Below, piece after piece: positions 38,818-51,784 of a stretch of DNA of 64,000 nt. The position numbers and the translations under genes were made by a program. How positions within the stretch are numbered: the stretch's first letter is position 1; the number at the start of each line of letters is the position of its first letter. This DNA is from Hormiphora californensis (Eukaryota; Animalia; Ctenophora): assembly GCA_020137815.1 (NCBI GenBank), contig CM035353.1, positions 7,874,001-7,938,000 of the forward strand, given 5' to 3'. The notes beneath the pieces were generated by a model that was not told the origin of the DNA, did not search any database, and was given only the letters and a program-made list of their open reading frames with translations.

Positions 38818-39724
38818 TATAACAACAATTACAGCTATAACAAACCCTACCAAAGCCGAGGTTCCGGCGGATACAGAGGAAGATACAGCTCCAGAGGGTA
38901 CGGACGAGGATACGGCCGAGGATACTGATTGCTAAGCGTCCTCCCAGAAGAAGAAGAAGATTGCTAAGGTTCCCATTTTATTTTCATTTCGTTATTCCGT
39001 GAGTTTCCATTTGACATCAAAGTTTCGTCTTTTTCGTACACACGAATACATTATTATTTTTGCATGAACAATTTATATTTACTAGAAGGGTAGAATACCC
39101 AAAGCTAAACATTAGTTGGGTGAGCATGTGCCAACTCCTTGATCGCGAACCAGTCTTCAACCGACCAATGTGGGGCCAATTTGACAGTTCTGACTCCTCA
39201 TCTGATACAATGTAGAGTCTACATCTGAGGAAGATCCCAAAACAAAAGGAGAGCTACCGGACCGCTGGGACTCGGTTGTACTGTGAAAATGAAGGCACCA
39301 TACGGAGAAATGACAGCAATGAGTATACTCAGCGGCGCCAACTATGAATGATCCGTGCGTTGCCACAACCACATTATATCATCTCATGGGCACTGAAGTC
39401 AATACTGCTTGTCCCTAGAGATTGTATAACTATACATCATAAAAAGCATATATAAAATATATTAGTACAAAGTGCACTACATGAAAGTTGCAAACACTGT
39501 TTGCTAAATAAAATTGAAATTCCCGCTGGAGAAAGCTGGAATCAGGGAGTGGACGATTGAGGGACGAAGGAGGAGCAGAGTCCCGAAAACTTGAATTTAA
39601 AAATATAAAACTTACAAATGCCTTTGTCATACACATTGGTAAAAAACAAAAAAGTCAGTTTTTATGTGTAAGTGAGACTGAGATTACCCGACCCAATGTG
39701 TGTTGAAAGGTAAGATCTATGCAT

Positions 39725-40430
39725 GGGGCTGGCATCGGCGATTTTTTGGCACCTCGCACGGGAAAGGAGTAGTTGATGGTGTCGGTGGTGTCGGTGGGGT
39801 TGCTAAGCCGAGGATGTTCCACAGAACCGATGGGTGTTAGCCCAATACCAGCAGTGCGATATACAGCCTACCAATGTGAGCTGCAAGATGAGGTACAATC
39901 TCATTTGTTGTCAAGGGGATCGGTAATGCTGTTCACTGCTGCCGTGTACCACAAGGGAACCTGCAGTACCTTCCTAGTCGTCACAGATTCCCAGTGCGTT
40001 GTATAATGTCCTCCCTTCCGACCCAGCTATACAGAGGGAGGTCATATGGAGTGACGGGAGTGCCAGGGAGTTCAAGAACCAATTTATCGTGGTGTTCATG
40101 AGGGGGCTGGCAAGTATAAGAAGGGCTGGCAATGGCGATTTTTTGGCACCTCACACGGGAAAGGAGTTGTCGATGGTGTCGGTGGGGTTGCTAAGCGGGT
40201 GGTCAGAACCGCTGTGACCTCCCGGAGAGCCAAAACTCATTGGATTTTTACAACGTTACCAGTTAGGAGTTGAAGAAACATATATTACTCTTCTTGAGAC
40301 AACCTCAATTTTTATTTAATCATATTCATTTCATAAGTTATCTTGGGAACCAGCTGGAATAATATGTGTCTCGGAAGTCAGTCACGGGAAGGGTGCAGTG
40401 GATGGTATCGGAGGAACTTCCAAGACGGCA
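39725..40430 (+). pseudogene. Scrambled transposase fragments (same family as 33740)
   Basis: YQCELQDEVQSHL, LFTAAVY, VIWSDGSAREFKNQF and three SHGKGxVDGxGG pieces. Confidence 0.7.
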
Positions 40431-40539
40431 GTCAGGATGGCTGTGAGAAGGAGGGCGGCAGTTGTGCAGAAGACTTTTACAACGTGGTTAGGACCAGGCT
40501 TGCTACGACCAATACCAGTCATCTGAGTTCAAGGAAGGA

Positions 40540-40900
40540 ACGGACAAAGGATGGTACAGTGAGGGTGCTCCAGGTGGACTTCGCAATGTCCTATGAGACA
40601 ATTGGCAAGGACGAGGAGTGAGGACATGTCTGCATTGTGGAGCAGCTCAGACAGGCTATTTACAGTTATTTACAGCAGCTCTGTGGAATAACGGAGAGGT
40701 CAAAACCTACCTAGTTTCCGATGCTACCCACAAGGACAAGGACACCATCACCTTGTTCCTTGGTGCGCTGTATAGGAACATTCCAGCGAACAACACCGTG
40801 AGCGAGGACATAATTTGGAGTGACGGGCCGTCCTCTGAATTTAAGAACAAGTTCATGGCACTCATCATTCGGAACGATACAATCACGATTTCTCATGGAA
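40540..40900 (+). pseudogene. Transposase fragment
   Basis: VLQVDFAMSY, LFTAALW, IIWSDGPSSEFKNKF. Confidence 0.7.
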
Positions 40901-42480
40901 GACAAGGACAAATATTATTATTACTTATTATTGTTTTAAATTTAATATCAATCCAATCAAAATCCTCAATAACTTATGTTTATCGTCCGGCTCCAAGTGG
41001 GAGTACCAACACCCGACGATGGACCAACCTGTTCTACTAATGCAGAGCGGAACGAGACACATATGGAAAAGTTGAGGCAACAACTCGGTGATGTGGGACA
41101 CAATAACTAATAAGAGAGGAAAATAATGTCAATCCCAGAAAAGACTAGCCTTTTCCTTCCACCTTTGTCCTTTTCTTATGACTCAAGATGAAGGGAAAGT
41201 GGTACTCGCAAAACGAAACCGAAAGCGAAGAAGAAATATGTGTATTTTATAATTATATGTTCACGTCGGACATGAACGAGAGTCGGCAGGGTGTCATCCC
41301 AATCAATTTTCGAATGGAAGACCGATTAAACCCTCTAAGAAAACTCAAAAATAGGAAGCCGAAGAAAATCAATTAAAATGGACACCAGCAGTCTGCACGG
41401 ACGAGGACTCCAATACTGACAGTGACTCGGGCAGCAGCTGCAGCGAGATAGTTCTTGTTTTAAATGTCTTCAGTGTTGTTTGGGTTAGTTTACTACTGGC
41501 ATGGAGGAGGTCGAAAGATTGAAACCCGTTAGCTGTTCCTCCTTGATGAGGATAAATGGCATGGCGGGATTTTTGGAAGTTGAACCTTGCGGTGAGATTT
41601 AATAGTATCCTGTTTTTCAAACAATTTCCTCCATTTAGTCCACAGCCAGGACAGGCTGTCCAGTTATTTACAGCAGCTCTGTGGAATAACGGATAGGTCA
41701 AAACCTTGCCTTGTTGAACAAAACAATCAAAACCTACCTAGTTGTGTCAGATGCTGCCCACAAGGACAAGGATACCATCACCTTGTTCATTGGTGCCCTG
41801 TATGGGAACATTTCAGCAAACACCACCGTGAGCGAGGACATAATTTGGAGTGACGGGCCGTCCTCTGAATTTAAGAACAAGTTCATGGCACTCATCATTC
41901 GGAACGATACAAACACGACTTCTCATGGAAGACAAGGACAAATATTATTATTACTTATTATTGTTTTAAATTTAATATCAATCCAATCAAAATCCTCAAT
42001 AACTTCTGTTTATCCTCCGGCTCCAAGTGGGAGTACCAACAGTGTTGGTCCAACACCCGACGATGTACCAACTTGTTCTACAACGCAGAGCGGAACGAGA
42101 CATATATATGGAAAAGTTGAAGCAACAACTCGGTGATGTGGAGCAGAATAACTAATAAGAGAGGAAAATAATGTCATCAAGAAGATGACCAAGAGATTCC
42201 TATCCAAGAATCCCAGAAAAGACTAGCCTTTTCCTTCCACCTTTGTCCTTTTCTTATGACTCAAGATGAAGGGAAAGTGGTACCCACAAAACGAAACCGA
42301 AAGCGAAGACGAACTATGGGTATTTTATAATTATATGTTCACGTCGGACATGAACGAGAGTCGGCAGGGTGCCATCCCAATCAACTTTCGAATGGAAAAC
42401 CGATTAAACCCTCTAAGAAAACTCAAAAATAGGAAGCTGAAGAAATTAATTAAAATGGACACCAGCAGTCTGCACGGACC
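40655..42480 (+). repeat. Direct duplication of about 750 bp (40655-41400 and 41650-42480)
   Basis: Paired ORFs 40618/41711 and 41188/42266 are near-identical. Confidence 0.85.
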
Positions 42481-43515
42481 CTGTTCTCCGCTCAACCACC
42501 AGTGACCAGGACACTAGCGGGGATGTTGACAAGGATGCAATAATCCGGGGGGCCACGAAAAAGCTTTGTCAAACGATATAAAAGTTTTTCAACAATCGAT
42601 TCCCTGCAGAATCATTAAATCTGATTAAAGGTTTAGAAGCATTAGATGCAGCTTCAGGGGACTACATGTCTCTTGTAACAAGGTATGACCTTTCCCTATA
42701 TTCCCTTTCCGTGTCAGCACGGACGTCAGCACGTCAGTACGGTGACTCGGGCAGCAGCTGCAGCGAGACAGGCTCCAGCGAATCTGAACCACCTGTACCT
42801 GGACCCAAAGGAGCATCCCCCCCCCCCCCCCCGAGCATCTGGAGGTTGGGTTGTGGCTGATTTTGACAGTGGTGGCGAGAAGCAGGGCTCACGAGTCACG
42901 ACACTGGCAGGGGTGGGGCGGCCCCTCCTGAGGGTATCAGCCGACCATGTGAGAGTGAAGCTAAGGTACATGGACAAGTACTTCCCGAATGGATGGAGGA
43001 TTCCTTTCGACGAGGCAGGATGGATGGAGGCTTCCCTCGTGAGGAAAAAACACCACCACATAAGAAGGGAAGTCCTCAACACTTTCCTTCGGATGCCCTT
43101 CAGAAAAAAATGGGACGAGTAGGGCGAAGGATTAGTAAACAATATGAATTGATTATGATTTATGTTTCACTTCTTTACATCCGATAGAAGGGAATGAGGT
43201 GAGTAAGGACTGATAAGAGCTATCGAATAGACACAAAATGTCGATAACTCTCCTGACAGCCATCAGCACTAAGAAGGAGAAGGAGAGGGTTGTCGAGGAC
43301 CTCCTATCTCATAAAGCTGAGAATAGTGATAACTACCCCATTGTTATCCATGGGAGTCGATTGTGTTGGTATGTCTCTGACACATTAGATACAGTTATAC
43401 ATGTGTCTTATGTAGATAATATTATACGGAGAAAATGATGAATTAGATGTTACGAAGAATTGCAAATTAATGTTCCCTAAGTAGGATTGCATTTCAGTGC
43501 CTAAGGCATGTGCGA

Positions 43516-44334
43516 CGGGGTGTGCTATTTTTTCAAATGTCTTATTTAATTCAAAATTTCACTTGGTATCGGGTGAAATGAGCTCCTACGATCATTCTAA
43601 AACATTTTATCACAAAGTTTTGGCTCCACCATGGCCCAATTACGTTGGCACGAGCTATGCCCATATATGGGCATATTCATTTCAAAAAGTCTGTTTTAGG
43701 GCGTTATTTCGAACAAAACACACATATCAATCGGCTCGTGACAACTTATACAACTGTTACTTTCAGTTTGAGCCTTCAGATATCCACTTTATGAACAAAA
43801 AATAAAAAATTTTCTCCCTTTTTTTTTCTTGCTAATTTTACCAACTTGCAGAATTGTGGGGACGAATTTTAATTTTTTTAAGTTTTTTCTTGGTGGAAAG
43901 CAAATTTCGGTTGTAATCGACTAATTTTGGCCTGCGGAACACGATCCCGTTCATGAAAAAGCTCTCAAAATTGAAGAACATGTCCAAAATGAACATTTTT
44001 TGTCAAAAATGAACATTTTTAGGTCAAAAATTAACTTTAGCATCATTTAATGATAAATATCAATTCCTGTCAGTTTCGAGGTGCTGAACACAATCCTGAC
44101 CATAAAAAGTTGATATCAAGAACATGTCAAAAACTGGTGATAACCACACATATTTTCCTGTTTTTACCATTTTTCGGTTAAAAACTACACTTTTTAAATC
44201 GTGATGCCAACGTAACTGACAAACACTATTCAAACCGATTCTGTTTTGCTGATGTGATAGAGAATTGTCCATAGTTTCACATTAGCTAGATACTGAATGG
44301 CCTAGTCGAAAAAAATTTGAAATAGCACACCCTA
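43516..44334. mobile_element. hAT-like MITE
   Basis: ATGTGCGA|CGGGGTGTGCTATTT...AAATAGCACACCCTA|ATGTGCGT (8-bp TSD, 7 of 8 match). Confidence 0.75.
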
Positions 44335-44347
44335 ATGTGCGTACGGC

Positions 44348-44900
44348 ATGTGCCTACTGGCAGCAGTTGCTGTGGCCAGTGCACTGCCCAAGCTGCGACA
44401 CATACGAAGGGTTACGTCTCTAGCCACAGTTTCCGACAATGCTAAGAGAACTCTAAGGGACCTGTACAGTTTCTACAAGTTTCCGGACAAGGACCTCCTT
44501 TTCGGATTCAAGGCTGCTATTGAGAAGACCAAGCTAGTGCCAGCCGTCAACAAGCCTACCCAACCAAAGAGACGTTCCGAGGACTCCTACAAGAGGTGTG
44601 TTTCTAGGGGTGTTTCAATTCCGGGGGTTTGTTTTGTTCAGGGAAGAGGGCACATACTGAAAAGTTAGGCGGGAAAAGCGGGAATGCGATTGAATTTAAT
44701 AATAGCTCTAGATCAAGAATAGCTCAGCACTGTCAACGATCCAGGGGACTGAAACAGCGAAAAAAACACTGAGGGATGTTTACGCAATGAATTATGTATT
44801 TCCAGAACAAGATCGGTTATTTGGCGAAGGATTTAACACGGCGGTTGAAAAGACGAAACCCTAATCATCTAAAGCTCCAGCTTCTCAGAAGAAGTTAAAT
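44348..44900 (+). pseudogene. Two consecutive DIRS-gag-like fragments
   Basis: LRHIRRVTSLAT...KRTLRDLYSFYKFPDKDLLFG and KKTLRDVYAMNYVFPEQDRLFGEGF. Confidence 0.45.
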
Positions 44901-45037
44901 TATATGCCCAAACCACAACCCTATAGGAGGTACGGTATTTGTGGGGGTATGTCAACTATGTTTCGTTCTGGGAATGGGACAATTGATCATAATCTAACTA
45001 TATCTAATGCAAATTTGCACGGAAATGTGACACCCTA

Positions 45038-45124
45038 TCGTCAATGTGACGACGTGATCCGTCAATGTGACGACGTGATCCGTCAATGTGACGACGTGAT
45101 CCGTCAATGTGACGATGTGATTCG
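45038..45124. repeat. 21-bp tandem repeat x4
   Basis: CGTCAATGTGACGACGTGATC. Confidence 0.9.
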
Positions 45125-45788
45125 TAGGTATCACGTATCACAAGTGCTTCAGAACTGCTTGCGAATTAGAGGGGTCACATCACATACATAAAAGGGAGAG
45201 AAAGAGAGAAAGTAAAAGAGAGGGATCACATCACAAGGTAGCTCGCTTAGCTACCTGGTCTATCACTGTATGGCGGCGCCCATACCCCAATTTGATTCTT
45301 AGTGCGCTCAGATGGGGTCGGCGGAGCCAGACAGGTCTATCACCAGGACTTTCTGGGGGAGAGAGATAAAGAAAGAGACATAAAGAGAGACAGAAAGAGA
45401 GAGACAGAGAGATAGAGATACATAGCGACAGACAGACAGGCAGGCAGAGAGAGGAAGAGAGAAAAAGATAGAAACAGGTCCCTCGATTTGCGATCGGTAC
45501 GATCGCCCCAGTTTTGCTAGTGATAATAACAAAATTAATCTAGTAACCTAACTAGTATATTAATCTATAAGTAGTAACAGCTATCTAGCCCTAGATCGAA
45601 TTATATAGATTGCAAGTGAGCACCCTTCAGGAGCCCTTTCTCGATCTGGTCTATCACGGGCCAATATTTAGACAGATGGAAGGCACTACCAAGGGTGAGT
45701 CAACACGTACTAGATTGTGATTATCAACCTTCCAAGGGGCTGAGGCTAGCCCTTTCCGTTAAGGATTGTTTTAATATTAAATGAAGGC

Positions 45789-46065
45789 TGTTACGATGCA
45801 GAGGTAACATCATTTATGCTGCGTTTTCTATAGCTTTGTGTATCCATATATTTTGTGTTCAACCTGTTTTTATTTTCAAATCAAATTTCTTTATAATGAT
45901 GAACATTGAACCATTTGTTATTGTGCATATTTAATTACCTGTTTTGTTACTTTGTTTGTTTGTTTGTAGTTGCTGTGTCTGGCGCGAGACCTGCTCGAAA
46001 GTAGCGGCGGCCGCACCGAGCACGCTTATTAGGCGCCCCAGCACGTCCACCACTCCGCCGTAACA
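45789..46065. mobile_element. Solo LTR
   Basis: AGGC|TGTTACG...CGTAACA|AGGC: TG..CA ends, 7-bp inverted termini, 4-bp TSD. Confidence 0.8.
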
Positions 46066-47940
46066 AGGCCACCCACCAATCAGTTTATGCAGAGCATGTT
46101 ACTTCAGACGCCCCAGGGGCCAGGAAGACCGTGGTCAACCACTGGCGACGCCGGGCGTCGACTACTCCTGGCCTAAATAAAATTCTAAGGTTTATATTAA
46201 GCTGGATCCGGTTCAGATCATTGGCACGCCCAGACCCCTACGACAGACACTCCTTACGGGCGATTTCAAAAAATAAGGCCCCAAAGTAACAAATTTCGTT
46301 AGCCTGAATAAATCATATTTTTAGCAATGAAATCTTGTTCATTTTCGTATGGAATTAGTTAGTTGGTTAAGTTCAAAATTTAATCTTTATATTCTAAAAA
46401 GGAGGAGAAAAATAGCATTAATTTTAGCTTCATAAAGGCTAATTTAAATTGGTGAAACTTTTCAGGGAAAATTAGCCAGGCTAATTGGTGGAAATGACGA
46501 CCTTAGGTTCATTTAATCGTTGATAAGTGCTGATTTTTAGGCTAAAATGTCATTTTTATTTACTTAGAAGTAGCATAATCGTTCAACTGATAGATAGTCA
46601 GTAATTTTTTTCAGGCTAATCGATGATTAAGAGAGTAAAAAACCAGGCTAAATTACAAATTTCACTATATTCTTAATAAAAAAGCACATTTTGCTTCTTT
46701 TCTTCAGCTAAAGTAGTTATTTACACGATTCTTTAACTTGAGAAAGCAAAAACTAATACTACATGTGCTTAAAATCAGGCTAAAATCGAGTATTCTGTAA
46801 TAGCTATCTATGCCGGTTTCATTCAGTGGCTCTAAAGCACTGATTTTAAGGCTACGTGTACTTATTTAGTTACTAATTCCCCCACAGTTTCATCATACGA
46901 CCATTAAATGTTAGTTTTAGCAGGCTAACTGACAGATAAGTGTTGTAAAAAAGCAGGCTAAACTACTAATTTCATGATACCTTTCATGAAAATCATATTT
47001 GGTTTCTTTTCTTTAGCTAAAATAGCTAAATACATGATTATTGAGTGACATCAAGCAAAACTAATATTATATGTGGTTAAAATCAGGCTAAAATCGAGTA
47101 TTCTGGAATAGTTGCCGATTTCATTTAGTGGCTATATTCACCGCTAAAGCACTTATTTTAAGGTCCCCTGTAACAATTTCGTTATGAGTTCCATTACAGT
47201 TCATCATACGACCATTAAATGTTAGTTTTAGCAGGCTAACTGACAGATAAGTGTGTAAAAAAGCAGGCTAAGTGACTAATTCCATTGTATTTAGTAATTA
47301 TAAGCAAATTTTGGCCTTTCTTTACAGTCAAACTATCAATCTTAATATCATTGGGTTAAATCATGTATGAATTTTGATAGATGTGGTTAAATTCAGGCTA
47401 AAATGTCGAAAAAATTGAAAAATTTGAAATTTTAGTCAAAATTAGCCTTATTTTTTCAGCACATTTATGTATTTAACGATACAATAGCCTTTAAATCATT
47501 TTAGTATCTATTCTAATGTCTAAAACATTTCTTCTGATTGTTAGAAACGATTATTTATATAAATAACCTTCAAAAAGTAGCGTTTAGCCTTGAAATCGTC
47601 ACTAATATCAACATTAGGACGAATATTTGCAAATAAATTTAATTTATGAGTGCATAATTACTCGAGGCTGTCAAAAAAGTAAACTTCAGTCTCAAATTCT
47701 AAGGAAAACATTAGAATCAATTTGTTGAACTTTAGCCTTAATTTACTCACTGAAAACCCCCCATTACCCCTTCACATTTAATATACACGTGTTAGCCTGT
47801 AAACTTTTTTATAGAATAGCTATAAAATCTAATACCTAACGATGTCAGGAAACCCATTAAATGGCATTTTCCAAAGGCTAACTATCTCCTGAATCCGAGC
47901 ACATAGAACAACCAGATTTTGATGACGTGATAGATTAGCA

Positions 47941-48179
47941 TGTATGAGGCGGTCAGCGCGGTCTGAAGCAGTTTAGACCGCGCGCGCACGCCGCGCTCCA
48001 GTCGTAGCTGGAGCAGAGATTTTATATGATTTAACATGATGACTGATTTATGATGATCTTCACTTCTTGATACAACAAAACAAATGTGTTTTGGCTTTTC
48101 CAAGTACAATCAAAGTTAGCAATCAAAGATATCATAGTTAACCATCCATTCATCTATTTAGGACCTCTAGGTCGTAACA
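47941..48179 (+). repeat. 5' LTR
   Basis: Shares ATGAGGCGGTCAGCGCGG...GGACCTCTAGGTCGTAACA with 59603-59841. Confidence 0.85.
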
Positions 48180-51100
48180 ATGGCGACGAGCAGTGTGACT
48201 ATCGAACCATGGAACGGGAAGGCAGAAAATCTAAGAGGGTGGATGGACAGACTCAGCCAACTATTTGTGTTAAACGGGTCGTCTGAGGAAAAAGAGAGTA
48301 GCGAGTCTACTTGTGCACCTCGGTCGCGAAGGGTACCATATGCTCGAAGACCTCACGTATCCTGAACAACCGTCTACTAAGTCATTCAAACAGTTACAGA
48401 CCCTGCTACAAGAAGGGGTAATGCCCAAGGAACTCATCATCGCAGAGAGGGCAAGTTTTATGTGGTGACTCAGGGCCGAAAACGAAGACATGCTCGAATT
48501 TAGTAACAGAGTGAAGAGACGAGCGGCAACCTGCGCATTCCCCAAGGAGTTTTTAGATCAAGCACTAAGAGATCGGTTGATCTGTGGTCTGCATAATGAA
48601 AGAGTACGAGCACTCCTACTGGCAGAGGACGCTGGGAATGACCTTTAAGCAAGCTTTGGAGAAGATTACTGTGAAGCAGACTGCGGGAGAGAAGAAGCAA
48701 GGAAGCTAACAGTGCAGATTAAACCCACCATGAAGAGTGAGGTGTTCGTAGTGAACAAGCAGGCTCCTCCAGCTTGGAAGGACGTCCGATGCAAGAAATG
48801 CACCCTGAAAGGGCACATGCAGAGTCAATGCCACACAAAATGTCACAACTGTGGAGAGACCGGACACATAGCGAACGATTGCCGATCTTCAAACTCCTCC
48901 TCCAGCTCCAGCAAGTACTCTAACCGATCCTCGTCATCCAAGAAATCATCGTATCGAAGCAAGAAAAGAGACATTGGAGCAATTGAACTGGATGAAGGTA
49001 AGAACAACTATCATAGACATCATAGTGTTGAAAATCTCAGTGAAAATCTCAGTTCTACTAGTATTGATAATCTCAGTGTTAATCTCAGTGATCATAGTGC
49101 TGAAGTTCAGCAAATCAAAGTAACACCGCCATTCTCCTTCAGGAATGGAGCCCTTACTGTAACTGCTGGAGTTGAGGGATGTGGCGAGTTGGAGTTCACT
49201 GTAGATACTGGAGCAGCCTTGTCTTTCGTGAGTCAGGGACAGTTGAACAATGAGGTGAACAGTGAGAAGTGTGTACACGTGCGTTTAGCAGATGGTTCAT
49301 CCCAGTCCGTATCACAGATCAAAGCTTATATCAAAGTGGGTGTGAAACACAGCGTCTTGTCACACTTCACCACGCACCGGGATTCTCCAACCTGTGGGGC
49401 AGAGACCTATTGAATGAATTCGAGATGTGGGGTCATGTCCTGGGGGGAGATGTAGTGGGCGCGGTATCAGAGCGGAGTAGTTTTGAGCAAGAGGTACTCT
49501 CCTCGCCAGCTTTTGGAGATAATCTAGGTTTATACAAAGGGGGAGAAGCTCGTATCCAAGTTAAACAGGACTGTAAGCCTGTATTTTGTAAAGCCAGGAC
49601 AGCTCCGTTTTCTCTCAGAGAGCCTTTGAAGAAGGCATTAGATGAACAGGTAAACCAGGGTATTATGACCAGGGTGGAGACCTCAGAATGGGCTTCACCT
49701 ATTGTAGTAGTATCCAAACCGGACGGGAGTGTCCGAATTTGCGGTGATTATTCTGGGACAGTGAACCCAGCAGTTGATACAAGCATCTATCCGTTACCTA
49801 CTACAGAGGAATGTTTCGCAGCAGTAAGTGGGGGAGTCCAATTTACCAAGATTGATTTGAAAGCGGCCTACTCTCAGATCTCACTAAGTACTGCGGACCA
49901 AGAGCTACTTACTTTGAATACCCCGTTTGGTCTGTACAGATGGACAAGACTACCATTTGGTCTGTCATCTTCCTCGGCGATTTTCCAGCGTATAATGGAT
50001 GAAGTCTTGAAGGGAGTAGAAGGGACCATTTGCAGGGTTGATGATATCCTAATCACAGGCCCTAGTAGTAGTGTTCACCAAGCGAGGGTGAGAAAAGTTT
50101 TGGCCCGGCTAGAGAAAGCAGGGTTGCGTGCGAAACCTAGCAAGACCTCTGTTATGGTAGATGAAGTTGAGTATTTGGGGTACAAGGTATCCAGAGAAGG
50201 GGTAAGTCCACTGAGAGATAAGATAGCAACTCTCAGCAAGATGGAGTTTCCGGAGGATAGAGCGAAGTTGATAACTTGGCTGGGAGGAGTGAGTTATTAC
50301 AGTAGGTTTATTCAAAACCTAGCTACGATAGCTGAGCCGTTTGAATAAGTTGCGGAGTAAAGACACGGCCTGGGTAGTGAGAGATGAGCATATGAGGGCG
50401 TTTAAATTGATCCAGAAACAGTTAATATCTGAGAAGGTATTAGCATTGTACAATCCTAAATTAGAATTGGTGCTGGATTGTGACGCATCTTGTTATGGTC
50501 TCGGGGCTGTGCTATCTCAGATAGAGGACGGTTGTAGAGAGACCAGTTGAGTTTATCTCCAGAAAGATGACCCAGGCAGAACGGAACTATGCACAGATTG
50601 AACGGGAGGCTCTGTCGATTGTGTGGACTGTTAATAGATTGCATCAGTATTTGTATGCGAGGAGAGTTTGTTCTCAGAAACAGATCACAAACCATTAGTT
50701 GTGCTGTTTGGGCCCAAGACAGAATCTCAAGTTAACTGCACTAGGGAGGGTTCAACGTTGGGGGCTTATCCTTGCTAATTATCGTTATAAGATTGAATTC
50801 CGGGGGACAGATCAACACGCCAATGCGGATCTGTGTTCACGTTTTCCTCTTGAATATCAGGGAGAGTCTTGGACAGCGGGGTTACCGTCAGTTAGTGTAA
50901 TTAACACGGGGGAACGTACATTGGATTTGAAGTGGGTTTCTACTGCCACTAGGACTGATCCCGTGTTGAGTAAAGTATTGAGATGGGTCCAGACTGGCTG
51001 GCCCGTGCGAGAAGATAGTAATTTCCAACCGTTTCACTGTCGCCAGTTAGAGCTGACAGTCGAGTCAGGTTGTCTCATGTGGGGGCAGCAGGGTAGTTAA

Positions 51101-51784
51101 TTCCAGGTAAATTGCGGCAGAGAGTACTGCAGTTAATTCATGCGGTACACATGGGACAGACTGCGATGAAAAGACTAGCGAGAGAATATGTATGGTACCC
51201 GGGGCTGGATAAAGATCTTGAAAAGATAGCAGCCGAGTGTGAGAAATGCATAGTAGTGAGCGACAGACCGGCAAAAAGCAACTCCTCACCCGTGGACCCC
51301 GTCAACCAGGCCATGGGAGAGAATTCACATTGATTTCTGTCTATACGAAGGGTTTAATTGGCTGGTAGTTGTAGATAGTTTCACCAAATGGATCGAAGTT
51401 TTCAAGATGGGGAGCACCACTCTGAGAAAACAATCAGTGTATTGAAAAGGTTGTTCTCAACATTTGGTATCCCGGAAGTAATTGTGAGTGATAATGGTAC
51501 TCAGTTCACGTCACACGAGTTTGATCAATTTACGAGTAGTAATTGTATCAAACATGTTCGGTCAGCTCCCTACTCTTCCCAAGTCAAATGGAGCTGCAGA
51601 AGCCGCGGTTGGCACGTTCAAGAAGGCAATGAAGAAAGCGTCCCATGTTCCCATTGATTTACGGGTATCACAGTTTTTGTTATACCAACACACCACGCCT
51701 GCTGCAGCAACCAAATAGCACCAGCATGCACAATGTTAGGGAGGAGGAGCTGAGAACCAGATTGTCGTTTATTAACCCTCTGGA
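48180..51784 (+). CDS. gag-pol: gag-pol polyprotein (several single-base frameshifts as assembled)
   Basis: Two CCHC knuckles (CKKCTLKGHMQSQC, CHNCGETGHIANDC), protease VDTGA, RT WASPIVVV/KIDLKAAY/RLPFG/VDDILI, RNase H CDASCYGLGAVL, integrase H2C2 and IVSDNGTQF. Confidence 0.9.
48181..48190 (+). promoter_or_regulatory. Primer binding site, complementary to the tRNA-Ser(GCU) 3' end
   Basis: TGGCGACGAG 1 nt after the LTR CA, overlapping the gag ATG; same PBS at 38422. Confidence 0.7.
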
